A stretch of DNA of 64,000 bases from a virus, in IMG/VR virus record IMGVR_UViG_3300017788_000011, positions 67,486-131,485 of that record. One strand, 5' to 3'. Under the pieces are notes generated by a model. That model searched no databases. It saw only the letters and a list, made by a program, of their open reading frames with translations, and had not been told where the DNA came from. The first letter of the stretch is position 1. Each line of letters starts with the position of its first letter. A program made the translations under genes and the position numbers. Of this stretch, positions 48,455 through 58,677 are shown one piece after another.

Positions 48455-48894
48455 AGTTGTTGATCAAGCAGGTCAATCATCTCAAACACAGTCTCAAGTT
48501 TGAGTCGATTGACTTTGTTGGCCAAGGTATTCTTAAGACCTGTGTGTAAGGGTTTAGGTGCAGAATCTATAGCAGTCCAGGCCCAACCTACGTGTTCTTT
48601 GCTTAATTTAGGAACGAATTCTTCTTTGACTATACACAGATATGTGTAAAAATGAAATTGTTCGTCGTTTGAAACAAAAGTTTCTAACGGAATAGTTTTA
48701 GAGATGTTAGGCAGAGAGCCCACTTCTTCAATAATTTCTCTTTTAAGGCCTTCCCAGGCTGTTTCTTCCAAATGATTAGTCCCCCCGACAATACCCCAAA
48801 CTCTGCTGTGTTTGCCATCAGCCTTTTGTAAAAATAAAAATCGTTTGGTATTCAAAGAATAAAACAGAGCACCACTGCATTTAATAACGTTCAT
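48451..48894 (-). CDS. Nudix hydrolase
   Basis: Nudix box GGTNHLEETAWEGLKREIIEEVG. Confidence 0.88.
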   Translation of the reverse strand: MNVIKCSGALFYSLNTKRFLFLQKADGKHSRVWGIVGGTNHLEETAWEGLKREIIEEVGSLPNISKTIPLETFVSNDEQFHFYTYLCIVKEEFVPKLSKEHVGWAWTAIDSAPKPLHTGLKNTLANKVNRLKLETVFEMIDLLDQQL

Positions 48895-50466
48895 TTATAA
48901 CTCTAATCTCCAACGCCCGGCTTCATATTCGCCTTCAAACGATTTGCTCCACTGTATGCCATCCCATTTATACTGAACACCGGTATATATGTTAGTTTGA
49001 TAAATTAAATTTTCAGTGTTTTTTGAAGCATCAAACACTACATTCCATTGATCTCCGTCCCATTCTATGATATCATTTTCAACAGCATAGAGGTCTTCAC
49101 CAGAGTTGCTTTTCCAAGCATCCGGACCGTCGGCATTGATTTTAAGTTTATAAGTGACCATTGACCCTTGAGGAGCAGGCTGTGCTAATCTTAATACCAT
49201 TAGGCCTTCGCTGTTATTGGGTCTGCGCAGTGCCGAGGCAGCAACAACCATTCCGTCAACTTTTACAGAGTAATCATAGACTTCGTCAAATTTAACGCCG
49301 GTTTCTACAAACATCACAGAACCATCTGCGGCATAAACATCATCTTCTCCGGGATTGATTACATCGGTTAGCAGATAACGTCTTCCTACAATTTTATCAA
49401 ACGGTCCTGTGGTACGTTTGGGATCAATGATAGCATCAAACGTACCAGGACTGTTAGGCCTACTGACCGTGACAATATCTGTGTTAGTAGGATAAGTGTC
49501 CGGATCCCAAGTTACTGTGAGTTCTGTGGTGTTTAAGGGATTAACAACAGTGGTTCCAGAGACTTCTGTACCATTAGGCTGTTTGAGATATAGTTTGCTG
49601 ACACCTGCTCTGTACAGTCCAGGATACTGATCTAATACTTTTTCCCAGGGGATCTCTGGACCAACTTTAACACCTGTATTTTGTACAACAAAAGAAACAT
49701 CGCCACTTTTGCCAGTGATAACAGCGCGACCACCTTCTACATAAATGCCAAATCCGCCAATGTTTGTTAATTGACTGCCCAAGAATCTGCCATCAAGATC
49801 TTCTTGAAAGATGCTGTGAATAATGTCAGTGACAACACCGAGTTTTTTAACCTTAGTAGGCGGTGACAGATAAATTGGTGTAGTTAATGTTAAACCAGAA
49901 ATATCAATCTGAGAATCTGTGCCTACTGGTATAGAGCGAGAACTAAAGGTAATACGATCAATGTCAACAACACTCAGTGATGTCCAGTCAATGTAATTAG
50001 AAGTTGTTTGGATCTCAAGACTGGGATTAAACAAGACCAATACCTGTTCAAATATCTGTAACTTTTGATCAGTGTTAGTACTCCAAATACTGACCTCAAC
50101 AGTTAATTTAAACGGAGTCGGCATTAATCTTTCCACAGTGTAGTTAGCACCCTGTGTGCTGAGATATTCATTGCCATTTTCATCCCAAGCACGTTCGCGA
50201 ATGTTTAGTTTGTTAACATAGGTAGCATCGCCTAATCTTGAACGATCAAGATCTAATCCAGATATGTGTACACTGATCTTTGGCGCGGTAACCACAGTGT
50301 TTTCGCTGTTTTGTCTTAGAATAGCCGCAACAGATCTGTCAGGATCGCCAAAGACCACTGGCACTTCGATTAGACTACCATCAGCAGTTTTTATTGTAAA
50401 GTTGCTTAACAGTCTAATGATCTGTGTAATGTATCGTCGTATTTGACCATCATAAAAGTGTTCCAT
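48895..50466 (-). CDS. gp15: Tail sheath stabiliser/terminator gp15-like, with long C-terminal extension
   Basis: HFYDGQIRRY, VPV.FG, PTPF.L, QIFEQVLVLFNPS. Confidence 0.8.
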   Translation of the reverse strand: MEHFYDGQIRRYITQIIRLLSNFTIKTADGSLIEVPVVFGDPDRSVAAILRQNSENTVVTAPKISVHISGLDLDRSRLGDATYVNKLNIRERAWDENGNEYLSTQGANYTVERLMPTPFKLTVEVSIWSTNTDQKLQIFEQVLVLFNPSLEIQTTSNYIDWTSLSVVDIDRITFSSRSIPVGTDSQIDISGLTLTTPIYLSPPTKVKKLGVVTDIIHSIFQEDLDGRFLGSQLTNIGGFGIYVEGGRAVITGKSGDVSFVVQNTGVKVGPEIPWEKVLDQYPGLYRAGVSKLYLKQPNGTEVSGTTVVNPLNTTELTVTWDPDTYPTNTDIVTVSRPNSPGTFDAIIDPKRTTGPFDKIVGRRYLLTDVINPGEDDVYAADGSVMFVETGVKFDEVYDYSVKVDGMVVAASALRRPNNSEGLMVLRLAQPAPQGSMVTYKLKINADGPDAWKSNSGEDLYAVENDIIEWDGDQWNVVFDASKNTENLIYQTNIYTGVQYKWDGIQWSKSFEGEYEAGRWRLEL

Positions 50467-51629
50467 CAGAAATCTGCCTCAGGTTTTTTCTTAAGAGCCT
50501 TGGATAGGCTTTGACGTTCCTCAACTATTTCTCCGGCAATGGTTGCAGTGTTTGTATTGTTGATAAACGAAGTTTTTTGTGTGTTGCGAGTATTAGTATT
50601 AGACAGAGTATGACGCACAGAGTCTTCGTATCTAACCCAACGAGCACCGCTGTATCTGAACAGTCTATTTGGTTTAAAATCTAATCTCAAGTAAAAGTCG
50701 CCTTCGTCGGCGTTGTTGGGAAACGCAATACCAGAACCAAAATTTACACCATTGGGTGCTAAACCGTCGCCCAATAGGTAACCAGTGTATCCATCTTTTG
50801 TTGGACGTCCTGCTCTACGACTGACATCAAGATTTTTCTCGCTGGCATCTATATCGCTGTCGTCAACTGTGGCCAACACTGGCTTACCATCATCGCCTAT
50901 AGCCAGTGTGTAATAATGAGAAGTATCATAGCCGCTCTTGGGCGCATCTGCTTCTGCTTGATCAAGAATTGCTTGATTAACTTCAAGGTCTCGATTTTTT
51001 GTACTGATTAAATCTCTAATAGTTGTATCAGTGTCTTCCCCGGCCGGCTGATCCAGAATATCTTTGAATTCTTGTGTATCGGAAATTTTCTTTAGTTTTA
51101 CTCGATACAAGTGCGGCCACCATGTTGCTGAAAATCCTTCTGCGGCTCTGTTAACATCTTCTACTACAAAAAATCTTTTCAAAGCATAAGATACGTCTTC
51201 GGCAGTAAGAGCATGTTGATCTACTAAGTGAGGTAATTCAAACACATCTCCAGGCATGATTTTTCGACCCAGAACCTTAACACTGTCGTTGATATGCAAG
51301 GTCATAAAAACTGTGTCGTTTTCAAGGAATAGACCAAACTGTGTTAGATTAAAGTCAATATCTTGAACATTGTAAACACCACGCATTCTGTAAATATCCG
51401 GATCGTAGACTCTGTCTCGATTTTCAAGAAACAGTAGATCTTGAATATTGGTTTCTTTTAGTACATCATACGCTGGTTGATCGGCGGTTCCTTCTACAGG
51501 AGTTTTTGGCCCAAGATACTTGTGTACGTATACATCTGTTCCGCCGACTTGAAACATTTCGGCGATGTTTTTATCTAAAAATCTGTAGTCCGGGCCCTTT
51601 TCGGGTTTATAAAGCGATAAGCGTGGCAT
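50466..51629 (-). CDS. gp14: Neck protein gp14-like
   Basis: LTQFGLFL.ND, GDVFELPH; between gp13 and gp15. Confidence 0.7.
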   Translation of the reverse strand: MPRLSLYKPEKGPDYRFLDKNIAEMFQVGGTDVYVHKYLGPKTPVEGTADQPAYDVLKETNIQDLLFLENRDRVYDPDIYRMRGVYNVQDIDFNLTQFGLFLENDTVFMTLHINDSVKVLGRKIMPGDVFELPHLVDQHALTAEDVSYALKRFFVVEDVNRAAEGFSATWWPHLYRVKLKKISDTQEFKDILDQPAGEDTDTTIRDLISTKNRDLEVNQAILDQAEADAPKSGYDTSHYYTLAIGDDGKPVLATVDDSDIDASEKNLDVSRRAGRPTKDGYTGYLLGDGLAPNGVNFGSGIAFPNNADEGDFYLRLDFKPNRLFRYSGARWVRYEDSVRHTLSNTNTRNTQKTSFINNTNTATIAGEIVEERQSLSKALKKKPEADF

Positions 51630-51636
51630 AGTATAT

Positions 51637-51652
51637 TATTTATTGATAAATA
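51637..51652. promoter_or_regulatory. Back-to-back TAAATA late promoters (gp14 / gp13)
   Basis: TATTTA-TTGA-TAAATA in the 39-nt divergent gap. Confidence 0.7.
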
Positions 51653-51668
51653 TTGGTAGGAGATAACA

Positions 51669-52448
51669 ATGTCAGACCCAACGAATCAACTGCAAGCCGA
51701 ACGCCAAAAAATCTATGATTATGTCTATACTATGCTGGGTGGCGGCATGGTCGATGTTGAGCTCGATCCAGTACACTACGAAACAGCCCTTGATCGTGCA
51801 TTGTCCCGTTTTCGTCAAAGATCGCAGGGTTCTGTAGAAGAAGCATATTACTTCCTTGAAGTGCAGACAAATGTCAATGATTACAAACTGCCCGACGAAA
51901 TTATCGAAGTTAGACAGATTTTTCGTAGAAGCATAGGCAGCAGAACTGGTGGCGGTGAAGGCGGCACACTGTTTGAACCGTTTAATCTTGCCTATACAAA
52001 TACCTACTTATTGAGCTCATCTAACATGGGCGGCCTGGCCACGTATTTCTTATTTGCAGGCTACCAAGAAATGGTGGGTCGTATGTTTGGTTCGTTTATT
52101 GAATTTAAATGGAATACCAATACGCATACATTAACGCTGTTACAAAGACCCTTTGCCAGAGAAAAACTGATGCTAATGGGCTACAACTATGTGCCCGATC
52201 ATTATCTAATGACCAATGTCTACAGCAAACAATGGATCAGAGATTATACTTTGGCAACCTGTAAACTGATGTTAGCACAGGCTCGTGAAAAGTTCAGTCA
52301 AATTGCTGGTCCGCAGGGTGGTGGCAGTCTCAACGGTGCCGCACTAAAAGCAGAAGGCACTGCTGAATTGGAAGCACTTGAAAAAGAAGTAGCCACAGGT
52401 GTACCCAGCGGCGCCAATGCTGGCGGCTATAGTTTCTTAATTGGCTAA
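51669..52448 (+). CDS. gp13: Neck protein gp13-like
   Basis: LGG.MVDVEL, WIRDY.LA..K, KF....GP.GG..LNG. Confidence 0.82.
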   Translation: MSDPTNQLQAERQKIYDYVYTMLGGGMVDVELDPVHYETALDRALSRFRQRSQGSVEEAYYFLEVQTNVNDYKLPDEIIEVRQIFRRSIGSRTGGGEGGTLFEPFNLAYTNTYLLSSSNMGGLATYFLFAGYQEMVGRMFGSFIEFKWNTNTHTLTLLQRPFAREKLMLMGYNYVPDHYLMTNVYSKQWIRDYTLATCKLMLAQAREKFSQIAGPQGGGSLNGAALKAEGTAELEALEKEVATGVPSGANAGGYSFLIG

Positions 52449-52455
52449 AAAAATA

Positions 52456-52484
52456 TTGACCTTTTTATAAATTTGCTATAATAT
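52456..52484 (+). promoter_or_regulatory. sigma70-type promoter for dNMP kinase
   Basis: TTGACC at 52456-52461; extended -10 TGCTATAAT at 52474-52482. Confidence 0.6.
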
Positions 52485-52504
52485 TATCCTAACAGGGGAT
52501 TAAT

Positions 52505-53137
52505 ATGATTATAGGAATTTGTGGGTTTATTGGCGCAGGCAAGGACACTGTTGCGGATTATCTGGTTAATTTTCATGAGTTTAGACGAGAAAGTTTTGCC
52601 AACACACTCAAAGACGCTGTATCTTCGGTATTCGGTTGGGATAGAACCCTTTTAGAAGGTCGCACAAAGCAGGCCAGAGAATGGCGCGAACAAGTAGATC
52701 CATGGTGGGCCGAGCGGCTCGATATGCCTACACTGACTCCTCGTTGGGTTCTGCAATATTGGGGTACTGAAGTTTGTCGCAAAGGTTTCCACGACGATAT
52801 CTGGATTGCTTCATTGGAAAATAAACTGCGTAACAGCCAGGATAATGTGGTAATTTCTGACTGTAGATTCCCCAACGAAATAGCCGCAATTAAAAAAGCC
52901 GGCGGTCTAATCATTTGGGTCAAACGAGGCGAAATGCCAGAGTGGTATGAAACTGCTGTTGCCGCAAACCAAGGAAAAAATGTCGCTGTACAAGAATTAA
53001 AAATGAAAAAAATTCACGCCAGCGAAACAGCATGGGTAGGCACAGAGTTTGATTATGAATTTGATAATAACGGTTCTATCAACGAGTTATTTGAGCAAGT
53101 TAAAAATCTGGTACAAGACCACCTTGTTTCCATGTAA
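52505..53137 (+). CDS. gp1: Deoxynucleoside monophosphate kinase
   Basis: GFIGAGKDT P-loop, FA..LK, TPRWVLQYWGTE, ISDCRFPNE. Confidence 0.9.
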   Translation: MIIGICGFIGAGKDTVADYLVNFHEFRRESFANTLKDAVSSVFGWDRTLLEGRTKQAREWREQVDPWWAERLDMPTLTPRWVLQYWGTEVCRKGFHDDIWIASLENKLRNSQDNVVISDCRFPNEIAAIKKAGGLIIWVKRGEMPEWYETAVAANQGKNVAVQELKMKKIHASETAWVGTEFDYEFDNNGSINELFEQVKNLVQDHLVSM

Positions 53138-53441
53138 TGCCTTCTTTGGCTAATATGCGCTGACAGTTAGCACAGACTGTTTTTAAATTAGCAGGTTTAC
53201 TGTTAGTTAAATTTCCGTCGATGTGAAAGACGTTAAACTGCTCTTTGCTTTTGCTTTTAAAGCCGCATTTCTCACAGAAATCTTTGGCACGATACCCATC
53301 TAAGTACCACTTAGGAAATCCTTCACCGACTGTGCCTGTGCGATTGCAAGGCTCGCACTTTTTTCTATAAAACGTTCTACCATCTTTCTTGTAGTTGATG
53401 GCAGCCGGTCTTAGACCACAAATGCATAAAGGACGTGACAT
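53100..53441 (-). CDS. HNH-fold zinc-binding protein, probably degenerate active site
   Basis: CIC, CEPC, CEKC, FHIDGN..N...NL.TVCANCQR; TAAATA (-) at 53446-53451. Confidence 0.7.
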   Translation of the reverse strand: MSRPLCICGLRPAAINYKKDGRTFYRKKCEPCNRTGTVGEGFPKWYLDGYRAKDFCEKCGFKSKSKEQFNVFHIDGNLTNSKPANLKTVCANCQRILAKEGITWKQGGLVPDF

Positions 53442-53544
53442 ACTGTATTTACCACACCTTTTTGACCCCTTTTTCTTACGCTATAACCAGCAAAATATTG
53501 CCCAATGGGCTAAATAATTTAAACAATGCGTTAGGAGAAACCAA

Positions 53545-56500
53545 ATGGCATTATCATCACCAGGCGTACAAGTCACAGTCATTGACGAGTCGTTTTATAC
53601 ACCGGCGGCACCAGGGACTGTTCCGCTGATTATTGTTGCGTCAGCACAAGACAAACTAAATTCATCCGGAACAGGAATTGCTCCGGGAACTACCGCAGCC
53701 AATGCAGGTAAGGTCTTCTTAGTGACCAGTCAGCGAGATCTTGCTGAAACATTTGGCGACCCAACATTCTATACAGATTCTAATAACAATCCTATTCATG
53801 CTGGCGAACTCAACGAATACGGTTTACAAGCCGCTTATTCATTGTTAGGCGTCAGCAATAGAGCGTTTGTTGTTAGAGCAGGCGTAAACTTATCAGAGTT
53901 GCAGGCATCCGCCGAAGCACCCGCAAACACCCCTGATAACGGAACTTATTGGTTTGACACAGCCGCAACCACTTACGGTGTGTTTGAATGGAACAACAGT
54001 CCAGTTACATCGCCAGGCGGCCAAACTTTTGTAAATAAAACTCCTATCGTAATCACAGACGAATCTAAAGTAACTCCGCAGGGTTTCCCTAAGGGATCAG
54101 TTGGATCAGTTGGATCTTATGCTGTGGTTGCTACAACAAATGCCAACAACTATTTTTACAAGAATCGCACAGGTCAGTGGGTATTAGTGGGATCAAACGA
54201 ATGGTCCGGATCTTGGCCAACTGTAACTGGTACTGTTGCTAATGCTACATTGACACCTGGTTCTACTATGAGAATCAACGGTGCTTTAGTCACAGCATCT
54301 GGCAGCAGCCTAACTTCATTGGCAGCAACTATTACTGGTGCAGGCTTGCCAGGAGTAAGTGCCGCTGTGGTTAACAGTAAACTTGAAATTTATTCAGACG
54401 GTACATTAGATGCAGTAGGCGACGACAGCACCACAGTTAATGCTATTGTGATTGCTGAAGGCAGCGGACTTGCAGCCGCAGCCGGCGTAACCCCAGGTAC
54501 TTACTATGTGCCAAGACTTCAGATCAGCAAGCATACACAAGTGCCTGATTTCAAGAGAAACAGCACCACATTAATTGGCGGGAACGGCCGTGCCAGCGGA
54601 TCCTTATGGGTCAAAACCACACAGCCAAACAACGGAGCAAAATTCCGTGTAAAGAGATACAACAGTAACACAGGCTTGTTTGAGCAAATTGAAGCACCAA
54701 TTTATGACAACAATCACAGCGCAATTTATAACCTCGACCAAGGCGGCGGTAGTTTTAACATTGACGAAGGAACACTGTATATTCAAAGCAATTTCAACGA
54801 AGACTTTGGTCTTGATGATAGTCCTAAGGTCGCTAACTTTAAGATTTTTAGAAAAAATGCAGCCGCAGAAACAGCCACAACTATTAGAACTTCAGCAATT
54901 ACAGCAGCCAATTTTACCAGCGGTGCTAAGACTTTCTACCTGGCAGAATCTGTTGCTGGTCAAGCAGGTTTAAGTGCAAAATATACTATTACATTCTTAG
55001 CCACCGGCTCAATCAATGATGCAACACTAATGGCAGAAGCCGTCAATGCGGCTGGTATGACTCATGTAACCGCGGAAGTTGACAGTCAAAACCGTGTTAT
55101 TATCAGTCATGCTCGAGGCGGAGAGATTCGTATTGATGACAGATCACAGGGCGTATTAAGTGCTGCCGGTATGTCGGCATACGTAGATGCTAACACAGGA
55201 ACAGCAAATTTATATGCTATTCCAAGCGGTGAAGTTAACAGATATTCATATGTTGCCACACTGTGGAAAGCACTATCATATGAAGCCAACGACAACACAC
55301 CAACTGCACTGACCGCAGATGGACGTCTATGGTATAATTCTATCATTGACGAAATCGACATTATGGTTCACGACGGTGATAATTGGGTAGGATATCAATC
55401 TTCAACTTCACCTTACTACAGTGCAGTTGACAACGACAAAACTGATCCTACAGGTCCTATAGTTAGTGCAACAAAGCCAGAAACACAGAGCGACGGCAGT
55501 GCATTGAAAACAGGCGACCTATGGATCGACACAGCAGATATTGAAAACTTCCCAGTAATCTACAGATATGAAAATGCAGGCACAACTGCGGCATACTGGA
55601 GATTAATTGACACATCAGATCAATCAACAGAAGACGGTATCTTATTTGCAGATGCACGTTACAACACTGCTGGTTCTAACAGTGACGAGCCAGGCGACAT
55701 TGTAGAAATGTTAACCAGTGACTTCTTAGACTTTGACGCTCCGGATCCTGCATTATATCCACGTGGTATGATGTTGTGGAATCTACGTAGAAGCGGATTC
55801 AACGTTAAGAAATTCGTTCGCAACTACGTCGATATCAATGACGAAAACATCAGAGGCAGCGATCGCGGTGTCAGAATGGACACTTATTATCCACATCGTT
55901 GGGTAACAGAAAGTGGCAATCAACAGAACGGTGCTGGAACTTTCGGACGTAAAGCACAGCGTAAAGTGGTCATTCAATCATTACAAGCATTGGTTAATTC
56001 CAACGCAGATATCAGAGATGATGAAGCAAGAATTTTCAACTTACTTGCTTGCCCAGGTTACTCAGAATTAATTGGCGAGATGATCAGCCTAAACTACGAC
56101 AGAGGCCTAACAGCATTTGTTGTCGGTGACAGTCCATCAAGACTGCGCCCAGATGCAACATCGTTGCTTGAGTGGGGATCGAACTTTAATCTTGCAGTCG
56201 AAGATAACGACAGTGGTTTAGTGTCATTTGACGAATACCTTGGAGTATTTTACCCATGGGGCTTTACCAGCGACAACTTTGGTAACAACGTTGTTGTTCC
56301 ACCAAGTCATATGATTTTAAGAACTATTGCTCTAAGCGATCAAGTTTCTTATCCATGGTTCGCACCAGCAGGCACACGTCGTGGTGGTATTACTAACGCA
56401 ACAGCAGTTGGTTATATCGACGACGAAGGCGAATTTGTAAGTATTGCTCTTAATGAAGGTCAACGCGATACAATGGCCGGCATCAAAGTAAATCCAATTA

Positions 56501-56889
56501 CATTCATCACTGGCGCAGGCTTAGTAAACTACGGACAGTTTACCAGAGCAAGAAATGCATCTGCTTTAGACAGAATCAACGTTGCACGTCTTGTTATATA
56601 CCTACGCAGACAGTTGAGTATTTTAGCAAAACCATACATCTTTGAACCAAACGATAAGATTACCCGAGATGAGATCAAAGGTGCTGTAGAAAGTCTACTA
56701 CTTGAATTAGTAGGACAGCGGGCACTGTATGACTACTTGGTAGTCTGTGATGAAAGCAACAACACACCATCACGCATCGACAGAAACGAGTTGTATGTTG
56801 ACGTTGCGATTGAACCAGTTAAAGCAGTTGAATTCATTTATATTCCACTACGCTTGAAAAATACCGGTGAAATTGCTGGTTTAGCATAA
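53545..56889 (+). CDS. gp18: Tail sheath protein, 1114 aa
   Basis: LSSPGVQVTVIDES; PWFAPAG..RG; NPI; DRINVARL; FEPND; PVKAVEFIYI; TAAATA 53511-53516. Confidence 0.95.
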   Translation: MALSSPGVQVTVIDESFYTPAAPGTVPLIIVASAQDKLNSSGTGIAPGTTAANAGKVFLVTSQRDLAETFGDPTFYTDSNNNPIHAGELNEYGLQAAYSLLGVSNRAFVVRAGVNLSELQASAEAPANTPDNGTYWFDTAATTYGVFEWNNSPVTSPGGQTFVNKTPIVITDESKVTPQGFPKGSVGSVGSYAVVATTNANNYFYKNRTGQWVLVGSNEWSGSWPTVTGTVANATLTPGSTMRINGALVTASGSSLTSLAATITGAGLPGVSAAVVNSKLEIYSDGTLDAVGDDSTTVNAIVIAEGSGLAAAAGVTPGTYYVPRLQISKHTQVPDFKRNSTTLIGGNGRASGSLWVKTTQPNNGAKFRVKRYNSNTGLFEQIEAPIYDNNHSAIYNLDQGGGSFNIDEGTLYIQSNFNEDFGLDDSPKVANFKIFRKNAAAETATTIRTSAITAANFTSGAKTFYLAESVAGQAGLSAKYTITFLATGSINDATLMAEAVNAAGMTHVTAEVDSQNRVIISHARGGEIRIDDRSQGVLSAAGMSAYVDANTGTANLYAIPSGEVNRYSYVATLWKALSYEANDNTPTALTADGRLWYNSIIDEIDIMVHDGDNWVGYQSSTSPYYSAVDNDKTDPTGPIVSATKPETQSDGSALKTGDLWIDTADIENFPVIYRYENAGTTAAYWRLIDTSDQSTEDGILFADARYNTAGSNSDEPGDIVEMLTSDFLDFDAPDPALYPRGMMLWNLRRSGFNVKKFVRNYVDINDENIRGSDRGVRMDTYYPHRWVTESGNQQNGAGTFGRKAQRKVVIQSLQALVNSNADIRDDEARIFNLLACPGYSELIGEMISLNYDRGLTAFVVGDSPSRLRPDATSLLEWGSNFNLAVEDNDSGLVSFDEYLGVFYPWGFTSDNFGNNVVVPPSHMILRTIALSDQVSYPWFAPAGTRRGGITNATAVGYIDDEGEFVSIALNEGQRDTMAGIKVNPITFITGAGLVNYGQFTRARNASALDRINVARLVIYLRRQLSILAKPYIFEPNDKITRDEIKGAVESLLLELVGQRALYDYLVVCDESNNTPSRIDRNELYVDVAIEPVKAVEFIYIPLRLKNTGEIAGLA

Positions 56890-56919
56890 TGGTAAATATA
56901 TAGGAACAGGGAGCATACA

Positions 56920-57549
56920 ATGGCAATTTCAACTTTATCAAAATTAACAGTACCCTTAGCCAGCGACGGTAGCGCCAGCAATCAGGGTCTGTTAATGCCC
57001 AAGCTCAAGTATAGATTTAGAGTTACTTTAGAGAACTTCGGTGTAAGTACACCAACTACAGAATTAACCAAGCAGGTAGTTGACGTAACAAGACCAAACG
57101 TAACATTTGACACAATTGAACTTAACGTTTATAACTCAAAGGTTTATTTGGCTGGCAAGCACAAGTGGGAAGCAATTACTTTAAACTTAAGAGAAGATGT
57201 AAACAACAACGTACAAAAACTTGTGGGTGAGCAACTTCAGAAGCAGTTTGACTTCTTCGAGCAAAGTGGCGCCGCTTCAGGTATTGATTATAAGTTTTTA
57301 ACCAAAATCGAAGTTCTCGATGGCGGTAACGGTGCTAACACACCAACAATACTTGAAACATTTGAACTCTATGGTTGCTTTGTAACAGCAGCAAACTACG
57401 GTGATTTAAACTACTCTACTGGTACAGATCCAGTACAGATTGCATTAACTATTCAGTATGATAATGCAATTCAAACACCTCAAGGTACAGGTATTGGTAC
57501 GGTTGTTGGAAGAACAATCAATACATTGGCTACAGGTGGTGGCGTGTAA
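56920..57549 (+). CDS. gp19: Tail tube protein
   Basis: Follows sheath; YRFRV, YLAGK..WE, FELYGCF, LTIQYD; TAAATA 56893-56898. Confidence 0.88.
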   Translation: MAISTLSKLTVPLASDGSASNQGLLMPKLKYRFRVTLENFGVSTPTTELTKQVVDVTRPNVTFDTIELNVYNSKVYLAGKHKWEAITLNLREDVNNNVQKLVGEQLQKQFDFFEQSGAASGIDYKFLTKIEVLDGGNGANTPTILETFELYGCFVTAANYGDLNYSTGTDPVQIALTIQYDNAIQTPQGTGIGTVVGRTINTLATGGGV

Positions 57550-57568
57550 TTGTAAATTACACAAATAC

Positions 57569-57595
57569 AAAAAGGCTGCATTTGCAGCCTTTTTT
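57569..57595 (+). terminator. Rho-independent terminator after gp19 (bidirectional form)
   Basis: AAAAAGGCTGCA-TT-TGCAGCCTTTTTT. Confidence 0.88.
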
Positions 57596-57620
57596 ATTAT
57601 AGGGCCACGGTTTTTTAAAC

Positions 57621-57628
57621 TATAAATA
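57621..57628 (+). promoter_or_regulatory. Late promoter TATAAATA (full T4 consensus)
   Basis: 5 nt before ATG 57634. Confidence 0.75.
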
Positions 57629-57633
57629 ATATT

Positions 57634-58671
57634 ATGGCAAACGGATTCAACGGCTTTCTTGACAATCTCGGATCAGGAACATTTAACCCCAAAGGTAACC
57701 TTGGGGACTTTCAACACGCGGCTCGACTCTACGTCGATGACTTTTTTCGATTAGCACCGAAGAGCAAGTTTTTATATCATGTATTTTTTGGTATAAATCC
57801 CAGCGCAGTAAAATCTCTAAATCTGTTACAGCGGCATAGAACTGAAATGGGAATGTTGGTCAAGAGTGTTGATCTTCCGAAATTTCAAGTTAAAACAGAA
57901 ACTCAAATAAATCAATACAACAGAAAAAAGAATGTAAAACTGGCCATTAATTACGAACCAGTTAATATTAAATTACATGACGACAATCTTGGTGTAACCA
58001 GTCAACTGTGGCAAAACTATTATCAATACTATTTTGCTGATCACAATTTAAGTTCGAACACAGCAGCCTACTCAAAGAATCAGTATTCGGGCCCGGCAAG
58101 AAATCAATTTAGATACGGTTTAGATAATAATATATCTGTACCGTTTTTTAACGACATAACAATATATCAATTATCCAGACAGACTTATGCCAGTTATACA
58201 TTGATCAATCCCATCATCAGTGCTTGGAATCATGATAACATGGATCAAACTCAGGATACCGGAGTTACAGAAAATTCAATGACACTGTTATACGAATCAG
58301 TGTATTATAACCAAGGTAGAATTGACGGAATAATACCTCCAGGCTTTGCTCAAGACCACTATGATAGAACACCCAGCCCCTTGGGAATAGGGGGTGGTGG
58401 GACTGTCACAATATTTGGTCCAGGCGGTGTTATCGCCGGAGCCACAGATATATTCGGTTCTGTGATCAGTGGAGAAGCGTTCAGCAGTCCAGGTAGTATT
58501 CTGCAGACAATTATCAAGGCTAAAAATACATACGAAAATTCCAAGGATCTGTCCAGAGAAGGCATACGCGAAGAAGGTGTAAGAATAGCCACAGGAGCAT
58601 TAGGAGAAATAGCCAAACCCCCAGTTAGCGGAGTACCTAACTCGGTCTTTCCAAAGCCACCAGGACCATAA
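57634..58671 (+). CDS. Tail tube-fold protein, gp54/gp48-like
   Basis: VKSVDLPKF, NQYNRK, YEPVNIKLHDD, L.YE tube-fold motifs. Confidence 0.7.
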   Translation: MANGFNGFLDNLGSGTFNPKGNLGDFQHAARLYVDDFFRLAPKSKFLYHVFFGINPSAVKSLNLLQRHRTEMGMLVKSVDLPKFQVKTETQINQYNRKKNVKLAINYEPVNIKLHDDNLGVTSQLWQNYYQYYFADHNLSSNTAAYSKNQYSGPARNQFRYGLDNNISVPFFNDITIYQLSRQTYASYTLINPIISAWNHDNMDQTQDTGVTENSMTLLYESVYYNQGRIDGIIPPGFAQDHYDRTPSPLGIGGGGTVTIFGPGGVIAGATDIFGSVISGEAFSSPGSILQTIIKAKNTYENSKDLSREGIREEGVRIATGALGEIAKPPVSGVPNSVFPKPPGP

Positions 58672-58677
58672 AATATT

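Noticed and set aside
57598-57630. Pistol-ribozyme-like AGGGCCACG...TAAATA
   Set aside because: The 5' pairing partner CGTGG and pseudoknot partner GCCCT are absent; the region is explained by terminator plus late promoter.
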